Origin: Actinomycetes bacterium
GTDB lineage: Bacteria > Actinomycetota > Acidimicrobiia > Acidimicrobiales > Acidimicrobiaceae
Assembly: GCA_021810525.1 (NCBI GenBank)
Contig: JAJZIP010000002.1
Location: 2,122-66,121 of the forward strand
DNA length: 64,000 nt
Direction of reading: 5' to 3'
Below are positions 9,495 to 19,680 of the stretch, piece by piece. Position 1 is the first letter of the stretch. Each line of letters begins with the position of its first letter. Below the pieces are notes generated by a model that had not been told where the DNA came from, searched no databases, and saw nothing but the letters and a program-made list of their open reading frames with translations. Position numbers and translations under genes: made by a program.

Positions 9495-10529
9495 ATGAGC
9501 CTATTCAAGAGAATGTCGCAGGTCTTTCAACAAAAGGCGAATGCTGCGCTCGACAAGGCTGAGGATCCTACTCAAGCACTTGACCTGTCCTATCAGAAGA
9601 TGCTTGAAAATCTACAGCAGGTGAGAAGATCCATTGCCGACGTCCTCACATCCCAGAAGAGGCTCGAGGCGCAACAAGCAACGCTCTCAGCCCAGTACGA
9701 CAAACTCCAGGGTCAGGCTCGCCAGGCGCTCCAGCAAGGTCAAGAGGACCTTGCGAGAACAGCTCTCACACGCTCCACGACCGTCAAAAGCCAGATCGAT
9801 CAACTGACCCCGCAGATTGAGCAGCTCAAGACGCAGGAGCAGTCACTCGAGGACACAGGTCAGAAACTTCAGGCAAAACTCGAACTATTCAGGTCTCAAA
9901 AAGACACTATGAAAGCCCAGTACACTGCCGCGAAGGCATCCACCAGCGCCATGGAAGGCCTCACCGGTCTCTCAGAAAACATGACCGACGTATCCATGAT
10001 GATCGACCGAGCCCAGGATAAGATCACAGGACTTCAAGCTCGGGCCGCCGCAGTCGGCGAATTGGCTGACTCAGGGGTGTTGGACAACCTGGCGATCGGC
10101 TCAGCCGCACAGGACGATATCGAAGCACAGCTGAAGGTCGGATCCCACGACTCCGACGTGGACTACCAAATCGAAGCGATGAAATCACAGCTAGGAATTG
10201 GTGTCGGTGCTTCAAGCCCGTCGGAGCCAAAAGGCGTTTCAGCCGGTGGAGCGATAATCATAAGAATCACCGGTGATTCTGTTTACGAGGTTCCTACAAC
10301 AGTCAAGCCGGCTCTGGACAACCTCGACGAGGCCCTCGACGATGCGATCACCCGGGATGACCAAGAAGCGTTTTCCAAGTCGACAGATGAACTCATCAAG
10401 CTCATTCACGCTATGGGAAAAAAACTCCCCGACACCGACCTGAGACCGTCGGACCTGATTGTTCCATCCCAGGACATGACAATTGAACAAGCAAAGAAGA
10501 TGCTCGACGAGGAGTCCCAAGGCAAGTAG
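9495..10529 (+). CDS. pspA: PspA/IM30 family protein with extra C-terminal PspAA-like domain
   Basis: MSLFKRMSQVFQQKANAALDKAEDPTQALDLSYQKMLENLQQVRRSIA plus about 220 aa of coiled coil is typical PspA/Vipp1. AGGACAGGAG lies upstream of the ATG. A Gly/Ser linker is followed by roughly 90 aa of globular tail, from about nt 10266. Confidence 0.85.
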   Translation: MSLFKRMSQVFQQKANAALDKAEDPTQALDLSYQKMLENLQQVRRSIADVLTSQKRLEAQQATLSAQYDKLQGQARQALQQGQEDLARTALTRSTTVKSQIDQLTPQIEQLKTQEQSLEDTGQKLQAKLELFRSQKDTMKAQYTAAKASTSAMEGLTGLSENMTDVSMMIDRAQDKITGLQARAAAVGELADSGVLDNLAIGSAAQDDIEAQLKVGSHDSDVDYQIEAMKSQLGIGVGASSPSEPKGVSAGGAIIIRITGDSVYEVPTTVKPALDNLDEALDDAITRDDQEAFSKSTDELIKLIHAMGKKLPDTDLRPSDLIVPSQDMTIEQAKKMLDEESQGK

Positions 10530-10570
10530 CGAAAACATCGCTTGTCCAAATACCGTAATTCGAGGCGCCC

Positions 10571-11491
10571 CTATCGGCGATTGAATGATCGTGCCGCGTC
10601 GAACATGGCATTTAGGGGAGGCTCCTGCCCGGTCCAAATCGAGAAGGCACGAGCGGCCTGATGAACCAGCATTCCTAGTCCATTGGACGCTCTGGCTCCA
10701 GACGCAAGTGCATCCTTCACCAAAGGGGTTATCGGTGGATGGTAGATGATGTCATAGACAAAGTGCCTGGCACACAGCAGTTCTGATGGGATGGGCGTAC
10801 GTCCCTCACCGCCAGTTCCGGACATTCCCACACTCGTAGCATTCACCAGGATTTCGATCTCGCGAACCTCATCCATTCTTCCGCCTCTTGAAACCGGGCT
10901 GCCGAGCTCCACGACCCTGGCAACGGCGTCCTCTCGCCTTCCGACAACGACGATCTCCCTAACGGCAGCCTCTGCGAGGGCAAGGACTATAGCCCTGGCG
11001 GCCCCGCCCGTCCCGATCACCATTACAGACTTATCGACCACACTATCGCCGAGTTCTGCCTCCAGTGAGGCTACAAGAGCTGGGCCATCGGTGGAATCTC
11101 CCACGAGATGGCCGTCCTCCCAGAAAACACAGTTCACCGAATTCAAGATTGCAGCGCGGTCGGTCACTCTGTCAAGTTGCCCGATGATGCTCTCCTTGTG
11201 AGGCATGGTTACCGAGACTCCGGCAAGACCCATGGAACGGATCCCAAGAACAGCATTCCGAATATCTTGCCGAGTGACTCTAAGAGCGACGTATACCGCA
11301 TCCAGCTTCATCGCCGTGAATGCAGCGTTCAAGAGCACAGGGGAAAGGGAGTGATCGATCGGATTACCAACAACCGCAAAAACCTTCGTACCCCCATTAG
11401 GCCAGGGAACAGCAGCCATGGATCTATGATTCGCTTTAAATCCTTTTTCCGGCGTAGCCAGCTCCGACTGGCTACGTGCTTGGGAGTCCAT
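10571..11491 (-). CDS. aroE: shikimate dehydrogenase
   Basis: VVGNPIDHSLSPVLLNAAF, GVSVTMPHKESI and GTGGAARAI motifs. The true start may be the internal M (MAAVPWP, 11419). Confidence 0.9.
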   Translation of the reverse strand: MDSQARSQSELATPEKGFKANHRSMAAVPWPNGGTKVFAVVGNPIDHSLSPVLLNAAFTAMKLDAVYVALRVTRQDIRNAVLGIRSMGLAGVSVTMPHKESIIGQLDRVTDRAAILNSVNCVFWEDGHLVGDSTDGPALVASLEAELGDSVVDKSVMVIGTGGAARAIVLALAEAAVREIVVVGRREDAVARVVELGSPVSRGGRMDEVREIEILVNATSVGMSGTGGEGRTPIPSELLCARHFVYDIIYHPPITPLVKDALASGARASNGLGMLVHQAARAFSIWTGQEPPLNAMFDAARSFNRR

Positions 11492-11593
11492 GAATTGCCC
11501 CTTTGAAAATTCTTGGAATATGGTGGTCGCTCCCCATTAGTCTAGAGACCCGGCACAGCAAGAAGAGAGAAAGAGCTGCTTATGTGGTATCAC

Positions 11594-11627
11594 AAAAAAA
11601 CAAAGGGCAGCAAAGATCGTCCTGCCC
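11594..11627 (-). terminator. rho-independent terminator downstream of mltG
   Basis: On the minus strand: GGGCAG, an 11-nt loop, CTGCCC, then TTTGTTTTTTT. It lies 35 nt after the mltG stop. Confidence 0.6.
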
Positions 11628-11662
11628 AAAAATAGCTCTCTACAAGAAACAGCGCTGTCAAC

Positions 11663-12766
11663 TCAACCTAATCCTCTACTTTTTGCCAACTGTTCATTGG
11701 CCAGCTGCCCAGCATAGGTTGAAGAAAAGGCCTCCTGACCGTCTTTCTGGACCACTACATAGTACAGCCAGTTCCCGTTAGCGGGATTCATGGCGGCAAG
11801 AAGAGCCGACTCGGACGGGATCGCAATGGGTGTGGGTGGTAGGCCGTAATTCAGATAAGTGTTGTAAGGAGAGTTCGTCTGGAGATCCGCGAGTGAAAGA
11901 CTGCTGGTTCTGTTACCGAGTGCGTAGAGCACTGTTGAATCAAGCTGTAACTTCATATGTTGGGCCAACCGGTTGAGAATCACCCGCGCTACCTTGTTTC
12001 CATCTCCGCGATAGACCGCTTCCTTTTCTACCAGCGAAGCCAAGGTAATTATCTGATAGGCGGATAGGTTGTCAATCCTAGTCTTGGGAGTCAACCCAAG
12101 CTTGTGAGCCTCGGTCACAAATGCGTCCGACATCATGGTCAATATCGTCGAGTCAGAGGTCGAAGGATCAAAGCTGTAGGTGTCCGGATACAGAAGGCCT
12201 TCCAGGGAGTTGACCGAGGTTGGCTCAAAGGGTGATCTAACCCGGCCCGAGGTTGCAACTTGGAGAAATTGCTTGGCGCTATGTCCCGGCAGCTTTCCCA
12301 CCCGAGCTGCTATTTGACCCAGGGTCAAACCGTCCGGGATTACAAGCTTGTCAAGAACTGGTCCTCTTTCCAAAACCGACAGCACCGCCGAGAACGGAGA
12401 GTCAACGTTGAACTTGTAGGTTCCGGCCTGAAGGACAACGGTTGGCTGGGTGCGAAGCCACAACTTGAAGACCAACGACGAGGTGATGACCTTATTTGAG
12501 GCAAGCGTGCCAGCGAACTGACTCAGCCCTTCCCCCGGAGTGGCAACTACCGTGACTGCGGTTCGAGAAGATCCGCCATCCACCTGCGAGCGGTAGTAGC
12601 CATAAAGCACAGCACACAACAAGGCCAGTACAACCACTGTGGCGAGTATTGCGAGACGGAACTTGCTCCTTTTTCTCCGCCTAAGTTCGAAGCGACTCAA
12701 TTTAAAATCCGGTCCTGACGGCCCAATGCCCCCGAGATCTCTTATTTCCCGCTGTCCAAAGGTCAT
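11663..12766 (-). CDS. mltG: endolytic murein transglycosylase MltG (YceG family)
   Basis: N-terminal TM segment. SPYNTYLNYGLPPTPIAIPSESALLAAMNPA is the YceG signature. The start abuts the ruvX stop. Confidence 0.9.
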   Translation of the reverse strand: MTFGQREIRDLGGIGPSGPDFKLSRFELRRRKRSKFRLAILATVVVLALLCAVLYGYYRSQVDGGSSRTAVTVVATPGEGLSQFAGTLASNKVITSSLVFKLWLRTQPTVVLQAGTYKFNVDSPFSAVLSVLERGPVLDKLVIPDGLTLGQIAARVGKLPGHSAKQFLQVATSGRVRSPFEPTSVNSLEGLLYPDTYSFDPSTSDSTILTMMSDAFVTEAHKLGLTPKTRIDNLSAYQIITLASLVEKEAVYRGDGNKVARVILNRLAQHMKLQLDSTVLYALGNRTSSLSLADLQTNSPYNTYLNYGLPPTPIAIPSESALLAAMNPANGNWLYYVVVQKDGQEAFSSTYAGQLANEQLAKSRGLG

Positions 12767-13198
12767 TTATCGAACCGGCCAGCCTTCCAACCAGGTCTGC
12801 AGGATTATGGCCGCAGCGGACGCGTCGACGACGCTCCTCTGGGCTTTCTCAGACATGTTTGCTTCCCTGAGTCTTCGCGAGGCCTCAGCGGTACTAAATC
12901 TTTCGTCCTGAAGCACAATTTCGACCCCCACTTCCACAGAGAGCTCGGATACAAATCGTTTTACGGTCTCGGCACTCGGCCCCGACCTGCCCGATAATCC
13001 AACTGGCAGTCCGACAATTATCTTCTGTGGCTCGTACTCTTTGATCAAGCTGGCCAACCTGCGGATATCTCCCTTGTGATCCTTGGTCCTGACGAACGAC
13101 AGCACCGGAAGCGCCAGTCGTCCCTGGGAGTCGGAGACCGCAATGCCTATCCTCTTCTGCCCATAATCTATGCCGACAAAGCGCACTTGCTCTCTCAT
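12767..13198 (-). CDS. ruvX: Holliday junction resolvase-like RuvX (YqgF)
   Basis: FVGIDYGQKRIGIAVSD. 143 aa. ATGA overlap with the alaS stop. Confidence 0.9.
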   Translation of the reverse strand: MREQVRFVGIDYGQKRIGIAVSDSQGRLALPVLSFVRTKDHKGDIRRLASLIKEYEPQKIIVGLPVGLSGRSGPSAETVKRFVSELSVEVGVEIVLQDERFSTAEASRRLREANMSEKAQRSVVDASAAAIILQTWLEGWPVR

Positions 13199-15774
13199 TC
13201 TCCCTTGAAGAGCAGCGACTCTATGATCGAAAAAGCCTCGCCAAGTTTAGCGACATTCTTTCCACCCGCTTGGGCGAACTCTGCCTGCTTGCCCGTTCCA
13301 CCACCCAGTATTTCGGCCGCATCTCTGAGCAGATCCGATGCAATCAGACCGCTCTCGCGCGTCACAGCTGCCACAAGAGAGGCCTTTTCGGTGTCGGGTG
13401 TGCCGATCAGCACCACCGCGCTCACGCCTGGCTCAGCTCTGACCAATAGTGCAAGCTCGCGCATAAGTTCTGGCTCGAGATTGTCCTGGCGTGCCAGAAC
13501 TCTCCCGTCTCGTGAGTGCATTGCCAACTCCTTGGCGAAAGCTTTCAGCTCTCTGGCCTGCATAACCTTGAGCTGGTTCACGAGTTCGCTCTCGCGCTCC
13601 CTTATCGATTCCAGCTTGGTCACCAACTCCTCCGAATTCGTCCTCAGAGCGGCTGCAGCCCGATGGAGCACGCTCTCAATCTCCATGTAGTGCTCAATCG
13701 CGTTCATTCCGGTCAGCGCTTCGATACGTCTTGTGTTGGCCCCTATTGAACTTTCGGATACGATGACAATGGGACCGATCTCAGCCAGGTTGTCAACGTG
13801 AGTTCCACCGCACAGCTCCAAAGAACCTTCACCGGCCCGAACCATTCTCACCCGCTCGCCGTACTTATCTCCAAAGAACGCCATAGCGCCCTGTTCCAAT
13901 GCTTCCGACTTGGAGGTTTCCCGCACTTCCACCGGCTGGGCTGATAATATCTGCATGTTCACCAACCGCATGACTCTAGCTCTCTCCTCCCAGGAGAGAG
14001 GGGCCCAGTGCGAGAAATCAAAGCGAAGGCGGTCCGGTGCGACCAAGCTACCCTGCTGTTTGACGTGGTCACCAAGGACCTCCCTCAACGCAGAATGAAG
14101 CAGGTGCGTAGCCGTATGATTTCTCCTGATGGCGGTCCGTCGTTCAGCATCGACATCTAGCTGAGCCATCTGGCCAAGGGTCAGCTCGCCTGAGACCACC
14201 TTAGCTCTATGTCGAATCAAACCCGGAAGCGCGTAAGACGTGTCTACCACCTGGACTCTGGCTGATTCCGTGACCACCGTTCCAGTATCCCCCACCTGTC
14301 CGCCACTCTCCGCATAAAAAGGAGTACGGTCAAAGAAAAGTTCGACCTCGCCCCCGGCAGGTCTTTCAACCATACCCACCAACCGACCCGTATCGGAGAG
14401 CACTTCATAGCCAGTGAATTGGGTAACGCCAAACTGCTCCGCTATTTCCCGATACCGCTCCTGTAACTCAAGATCTACGCCTCCCTCCTTACCGGCAGCA
14501 CGAGCCCGGTCCCGCTGGACCTTCATCTGAGAGTCAAATCCCTGCCTATCGACGGTAAAGCCGCGATCAGCGGCGATCTCTTCAGTAAGCTCTATCGGAA
14601 AGCCGTAGGTGTCATGTAGCCTGAATGCGGCTTCACCCGAAACCGCATCGCCAAGAGCGAGTTCCTGGTCGAGCAGCATACTGCCAGCTTTCAACGTGTT
14701 CCTGAACCGCTCCTCTTCCCGGGAAATTACTGAGACGATGAAGTCTTTATTGGTGACAAGTTCTGGGTACGCCGAACCCATAACCGAAACAACTGATTCA
14801 ACCAGCTGCGGAGTCACCGATCTGTCAACGCCAAGGCTGAATGACCTGAGGGCAGCCCTTCGGATAATCCTCCGCAAAACGTAACCTCGACCCTCGTTCG
14901 ACGGATACACCCCGTCGGCTACCAGGAACGACATCGACCTTGCGTGATCGGCCATTATCCGCAGAGCTACGTCGCTGCCCTCATCACGACCGTAGTGAGT
15001 CTTGGTTACATCGCAAGCAACATCGAGAATGGGCCTTATTACATCGGTGTCGAATATCGAACTCTTGCCCTGCAAAACTTCCAAGATTCTTTCCAAGCCC
15101 GCACCAGTGTCTATGGATGGCTTTGGAAGGGGCTCCAGACTCTGGTCCGGCTGGCGATTGAACTGCATGAAGACGAGATTCCATATCTCAAGAAATCGCT
15201 CGTCGGATCCATGGGCTGGCCCACCACCAGCACCGAACTCCTCACCTTTGTCGAGATAGATCTCCGAACACGGTCCGCACGGGCCGACCTCTCCCATCTG
15301 CCACCAGTTGTCCTCGTCGAGACGCTGGATTCTGCTCGGGTCAAATCCAACCGCATCACGCCAGATCTGTTCACTTTCATCGTCTTCGAGATGAACTGTG
15401 ATCCATATTCTTTCCGGATCAAAACCAAGGACCTCTGTTACAAGCTGCCAGGCCATCGGAATGGCCTCCTCTTTGAAGTAATCCCCGAAAGAGAAATTGC
15501 CAAGCATCTCGAAAAATGTCAGATGCCGTGCTGTTCGTCCTATCTGGTCGAGATCGTTGTGTTTTCCACCCGCCCGCATGCACTTCTGAACCGAAGTCGC
15601 CCTTTTGTATGGCGGAACCTCCTCTCCCAAGAAGTACGGCTTGAAAGGCACCATACCCGCAACAGTGAATAGTATCGACGGGTCGTGGGGAATCAGAGAT
15701 GCCGATGGGACGGCGACATGGCCTCGTTCCGTAAAGAACTTGGTAAATGCTTCTCGAAGATCGTCAGATTTCAT
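13195..15774 (-). CDS. alaS: alanine--tRNA ligase
   Basis: 859 aa. FFTERGHVAVPSASLIP, RAGGKHNDLDQIGRTARHLTFFEMLGNFSFGDYFK, and the editing-domain HTATHLLH...CGGTH. Confidence 0.97.
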   Translation of the reverse strand: MKSDDLREAFTKFFTERGHVAVPSASLIPHDPSILFTVAGMVPFKPYFLGEEVPPYKRATSVQKCMRAGGKHNDLDQIGRTARHLTFFEMLGNFSFGDYFKEEAIPMAWQLVTEVLGFDPERIWITVHLEDDESEQIWRDAVGFDPSRIQRLDEDNWWQMGEVGPCGPCSEIYLDKGEEFGAGGGPAHGSDERFLEIWNLVFMQFNRQPDQSLEPLPKPSIDTGAGLERILEVLQGKSSIFDTDVIRPILDVACDVTKTHYGRDEGSDVALRIMADHARSMSFLVADGVYPSNEGRGYVLRRIIRRAALRSFSLGVDRSVTPQLVESVVSVMGSAYPELVTNKDFIVSVISREEERFRNTLKAGSMLLDQELALGDAVSGEAAFRLHDTYGFPIELTEEIAADRGFTVDRQGFDSQMKVQRDRARAAGKEGGVDLELQERYREIAEQFGVTQFTGYEVLSDTGRLVGMVERPAGGEVELFFDRTPFYAESGGQVGDTGTVVTESARVQVVDTSYALPGLIRHRAKVVSGELTLGQMAQLDVDAERRTAIRRNHTATHLLHSALREVLGDHVKQQGSLVAPDRLRFDFSHWAPLSWEERARVMRLVNMQILSAQPVEVRETSKSEALEQGAMAFFGDKYGERVRMVRAGEGSLELCGGTHVDNLAEIGPIVIVSESSIGANTRRIEALTGMNAIEHYMEIESVLHRAAAALRTNSEELVTKLESIRERESELVNQLKVMQARELKAFAKELAMHSRDGRVLARQDNLEPELMRELALLVRAEPGVSAVVLIGTPDTEKASLVAAVTRESGLIASDLLRDAAEILGGGTGKQAEFAQAGGKNVAKLGEAFSIIESLLFKGE

Positions 15775-15828
15775 TTGTAGGCCAGCCTATATCGTCTTGA
15801 GTCATAAATGGACTTTCCGCTACTGGGC

Positions 15829-16080
15829 CTAAGATTGTCTCCTCGGATCCAAGCCCATCTCGGCCCGCAGGGTCGCCTCTGTCTCCTCCACCTTGGTCCT
15901 AGCATCCCCAATCGCAGCCGAAAGGCGATCCTTGAGCCTGATGACAGAATCCGCGGTTGCTTTTGTCAGAGCCAAGGGTGTCACTTCTTCCACCTTTTGC
16001 CTAATTCTCTTCCGAACCCAAATACTGACGGCGACGCCAACGCCGGTTCCCGTTATGAACCACCGTAATCTCTTGGCCAC
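15829..16080 (-). CDS. small membrane protein (conserved actinobacterial neighbour of alaS)
   Basis: 83 aa with one TM (WFITGTGVGVAVSIWV) and a charged helical tail. It overlaps the upstream DUF948 gene's stop by 1 nt. Confidence 0.5.
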   Translation of the reverse strand: MAKRLRWFITGTGVGVAVSIWVRKRIRQKVEEVTPLALTKATADSVIRLKDRLSAAIGDARTKVEETEATLRAEMGLDPRRQS

Positions 16081-16457
16081 TATCGTCTCCCTTTATACTG
16101 GGTGGACTCGGACCTGAATACGGTGACCAGCCTGTTCGCACCAGCCCGCAATGCCTTGGCCTTGATAATCGGCGCGGCAACGGCTGTGTACGCGAGCTTT
16201 GAAGCACTACCCATCGAGCTGGTTACCGCGTTTGTGGCATCGAGAAGGGTCTCAAATTTGCTGACGTCTTCGCCTGCGTCGTCCACCAACTCTGTGACCT
16301 CGTCAACGAGCTTTGACATCTCGCTCTGAAGCCTCCCCAATGTCACTTCGAGCGAAGTTGCCAACGTCCGCATTCTTGAAACCACAATGCCCGCCACGAT
16401 CAAAAGCACCAAAAGAGCGACGGTAAGAACGAGTTCCATGCCTTGCGATAGTGTCAC
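16080..16457 (-). CDS. DUF948-like membrane protein
   Basis: 125 aa with an N-terminal TM and a coiled-coil region (SLEVTLGRLQSEMSKLVDEVTELVDD). It sits between rarA and alaS, as I recall for Actinobacteria. Confidence 0.6.
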   Translation of the reverse strand: MTLSQGMELVLTVALLVLLIVAGIVVSRMRTLATSLEVTLGRLQSEMSKLVDEVTELVDDAGEDVSKFETLLDATNAVTSSMGSASKLAYTAVAAPIIKAKALRAGANRLVTVFRSESTQYKGRR

Positions 16458-16488
16458 CTAAAACCTCTTTCATCTCGGCCTTGAAGTA

Positions 16489-17721
16489 CTAGTCCGAATC
16501 ATCTGACTTGAAGAACTCGAGTTGAGCCAAACCCTTCGGGAATCTACTCATTGATTCATCTTCCGCAAGGATCTTTCCGCGTGAGACCTCCATCTCCCCG
16601 ACAAAGCCCCGTAGATGTTGCGGAACTGGCCATCCGATAGTCCTTTTCGCCACCTGCAATGCCCCCTCTATAGCTTCATAGCTCGCCTTCGACTTGGGCG
16701 CCAACGAGAGGTAGCAGACGCAGTGACCTAGATTGATTCGTACCTCAGGCATGCCCAATCGTTCAGCGGCGTGAATTGTTGCATGTGCAATCCCAAGTGC
16801 TGCTGAGTCCGCCAAGCCAATATCCTCTGAGGCAAAGATCAGCAGCCGCCTAGCAATGAACCTCGGATCCTCCCCGCTCACCAATAGCCTGGCCAGCCAG
16901 TACAGGGCTGCGTTGACGTCTGAGGCCCGCATCGACTTTATCAGAGCGGATGTCATCTCGTAGTGATCCGAGCGGGACAGGCCGTTTGAAGCCGTCTTCT
17001 TGACTGAACGAACATCCGCTTCCGTGATCTCGACGCGCTCCATGTAAGCTCGCAGCCCGGCCACCACCGATGCTGCTTCGAAGGTGTTTATCACGCTTCG
17101 AAGATCTCCCCCACACAACTCGTATATCAGCTCCTCAGCATCCTTGGTCAGAGTGCAGCCGCTTAGCTTCACCGCCCGGCGAAGCACCTCCGCTACCGCC
17201 TCTCGCCCAAGAGTGGACAGTTCAACCACGAGGAGCCTTGACAGAAGGGCCGGCACCACCTCCATCCACGGATTCTCCGTCGTAGCTGCAATCAATGTTA
17301 ATATCCCCTCCTCGACTGGCAGGAGCAGGGCGTCACTCTGTACCTTGGTCAGCCGATGAATTTCGTCAATGAACAGAACGGTCTTCGCCCCCTGGATCTG
17401 GAATGCCCGCTCAGCTTCGACTGCCGCATCTTTGATCTCCTTCACTCCCAAAGAGGTAGCAACCAGGGGAACAAATCTATAGCTGGTCGCTGAAGCGAGC
17501 ACGTATGCGATGGTCGTCTTGCCGACTCCCGGTGGCCCTGCCAGGAGAAGAGAACTCAGCTTCTTCGAGAGGACCATCGCACCAATCAGGCCCTCAGAGC
17601 CAAGGTATCGCTCGTGACCGATGATATCTTCTACAGTACTTGGGCGAAGCCTTGCCGCCAGCGGCTGATCATGAGCCCTGGCCGATTCCCCGAAAATTGA
17701 ACCAGATGATCTTATTGACAC
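16489..17721 (-). CDS. rarA: replication-associated recombination protein A (AAA+ ATPase)
   Basis: LAGPPGVGKTT Walker [11 protein letters not shown] Walker B, and the MgsA C-terminal domain (HYEMTSALIKSMRASDVNAALYWLARLL..GEDPRFIARRL). Confidence 0.9.
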   Translation of the reverse strand: MSIRSSGSIFGESARAHDQPLAARLRPSTVEDIIGHERYLGSEGLIGAMVLSKKLSSLLLAGPPGVGKTTIAYVLASATSYRFVPLVATSLGVKEIKDAAVEAERAFQIQGAKTVLFIDEIHRLTKVQSDALLLPVEEGILTLIAATTENPWMEVVPALLSRLLVVELSTLGREAVAEVLRRAVKLSGCTLTKDAEELIYELCGGDLRSVINTFEAASVVAGLRAYMERVEITEADVRSVKKTASNGLSRSDHYEMTSALIKSMRASDVNAALYWLARLLVSGEDPRFIARRLLIFASEDIGLADSAALGIAHATIHAAERLGMPEVRINLGHCVCYLSLAPKSKASYEAIEGALQVAKRTIGWPVPQHLRGFVGEMEVSRGKILAEDESMSRFPKGLAQLEFFKSDDSD

Positions 17722-17749
17722 ACCCCTCCAAATTCAACGGTAGGCGACG

Positions 17750-19537
17750 TTACGATAGATCCTTTTTCTGAGGCTTAACCGACAGGCCAAGAAGGTCCCA
17801 TACCTTTGCCTCGATCTGCTTCGGTGCACCTGTCATGAGGTCCGAGCCAGACTGCGTTTTAGGAAAAGCGATCACTTCTCGGATATTCTCCTCCCCAACC
17901 AGGAGCGCCGTGAGACGGTCAATCCCAAAGGCGAAGCCTCCGTGCGGAGGAGCCCCATACTTGAACGCCTCCAGAAGGAATCCGAAACGATTGCTCGCCT
18001 CCTCTTCAGTTACCCCCAAGAGAGAAAATATCCTAGACTGGATGTCTCCTCGGTGAATTCTTATGCTACCCGAACCCAATTCCCAACCATTCAGAACAAG
18101 ATCATACGACTGAGATCTAACCGATAGAGGGTCACTTGCCAACTTATCAAAGTCCTCTTGGTTTGGCATTGTGAACGGATGATGAGTTGAAACAAGCCTC
18201 CCCTCCTCGTCGATACCCTCGAACAACGGAAAGTCGATCACCCACACGTATCTGAACTCGCCCGGATTAGCCTGATTCCTGCCAAGATCTATTCGCAGTT
18301 GCCCAAGCACCTCACAGGCCTTCTGCCATTCATCACCTACGATAAGAATGACATCTCCATCGGACACGTTGGTAGCGGCAACGAGATTCTTCGATTCATC
18401 CTCTGTAAGGAATTTCGACACCGGGGATTCAAGCTGGAGACCGTCCGACCCAGGGATGACCCTCAACCAGAGCAGACCTTTGGCGCCTAGACTTTTAGCT
18501 CGGTCAACCAGATTGTCGAGCCTGGAGCGAGTAAGTGAACTAGGATTGGGAGCTACCAGCGCCTTGAGGCATGGCGCGCTCAGCGCCCGGATGCTGGTCC
18601 CGGCAAAGACTGAGGTCACATCGATCAGCTCATTGCCGTATCGCATGTCAGGCTTGTCAACGCCAAACCTGTCCATTGCGTCCTTCCAGGTGATCGCGCC
18701 TATTTCACCCTCCAACGGAATGCCTGCAGCTTGTGAGGCCGCGGTTACCGCATCGGAGATGAAACTCATCACGTCCCGCTGGGTTACGAAGGAGGCCTCT
18801 AAATCCAGCTGTGTGAATTCGAACTGCCTGTCGGCCCTTAGATCCTCGTCCCTGAGGCACCGAGCAATCTGGTAATATCGATCGAACCCGGCAACCATCA
18901 GTAGCTGCTTTGCAAGCTGAGGAGACTGCGGAAGCACGTAGCTAGAGCCCAGGTGAAGTCGCGACGGAACTACGAACTCCCTCGCGCCCTCCGGGGTCGG
19001 CGTCCAGAGCAGAGGTGTTTCTATTTCCGTGAAGCCCTGACGCTCCATGGAAGCCCTGATGGCAGAATTGATCTTCGCACGTACCCTGATGTTCTGCTGC
19101 ATCCTCTCCCTGCGGAGATCCAGGAAGCGGAATCTGAGACGCGTCGCTTCATCTATTTCCGCTCGGTCTTGCAATGAAAACGGAGAGGGTTCAGCCTCCG
19201 AAAGTACCTCTATCGCGGTATCTGTGAGCTCGATCTCTCCAGTGGCCAACGAGGAATTATCCGTCCCTTCAGGCCGCTTGGCAACGGTCCCGGCCACTCT
19301 CACGACAAATTCTGAGCGAAGCTCAACGGACGAATGCGCGACAACCTGGACAATTCCGCTATAGTCCCGAACATCCACGAAGACCAGATGCTCACCATGC
19401 TCACGGACGCGCGCAACCCATCCACAAACCGTAACCCTTTTCCCGACGTCGTCTGAACGAAGGCTTCCAACGTAACGATCCCGAAGGCCCTTTGCGTCAA
19501 CCAACGAAGTGCTTTCCATGACGGGCTTCGATTCCAT
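17750..19537 (-). CDS. aspS: aspartate--tRNA ligase
   Basis: 595 aa. RDYSGIVQVV (OB domain), YYQIARCLRDEDLRADRQFEFTQLD, GGFAFGIDRL. Confidence 0.97.
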   Translation of the reverse strand: MESKPVMESTSLVDAKGLRDRYVGSLRSDDVGKRVTVCGWVARVREHGEHLVFVDVRDYSGIVQVVAHSSVELRSEFVVRVAGTVAKRPEGTDNSSLATGEIELTDTAIEVLSEAEPSPFSLQDRAEIDEATRLRFRFLDLRRERMQQNIRVRAKINSAIRASMERQGFTEIETPLLWTPTPEGAREFVVPSRLHLGSSYVLPQSPQLAKQLLMVAGFDRYYQIARCLRDEDLRADRQFEFTQLDLEASFVTQRDVMSFISDAVTAASQAAGIPLEGEIGAITWKDAMDRFGVDKPDMRYGNELIDVTSVFAGTSIRALSAPCLKALVAPNPSSLTRSRLDNLVDRAKSLGAKGLLWLRVIPGSDGLQLESPVSKFLTEDESKNLVAATNVSDGDVILIVGDEWQKACEVLGQLRIDLGRNQANPGEFRYVWVIDFPLFEGIDEEGRLVSTHHPFTMPNQEDFDKLASDPLSVRSQSYDLVLNGWELGSGSIRIHRGDIQSRIFSLLGVTEEEASNRFGFLLEAFKYGAPPHGGFAFGIDRLTALLVGEENIREVIAFPKTQSGSDLMTGAPKQIEAKVWDLLGLSVKPQKKDLS

Positions 19538-19680
19538 AAAAACTCCTGCGATCAGTGATCCAAAACCTGACTGTTACCGATTTGCCACAATCCTGGATTG
19601 AGCCTAAAGCGGCTTGAACATCTTCCACACGGATGAAACTCCAAAATTTCTGCTACGTACCTCAATTGGGCAGCGCAGTG

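Noticed and set aside
14944-15672. 242-aa plus-strand ORF antisense to alaS. Similar long antisense ORFs: 13076-13690, 27007-27657, 38976-39770, 40958-41587, 48776-49228, 55991-56488 and 62662-63147
   Set aside because: Each lies entirely inside a confidently identified housekeeping gene on the other strand. Each has skewed Arg/Ser/Pro/Leu composition and no recognisable motifs. Such shadow ORFs are expected at this GC content.
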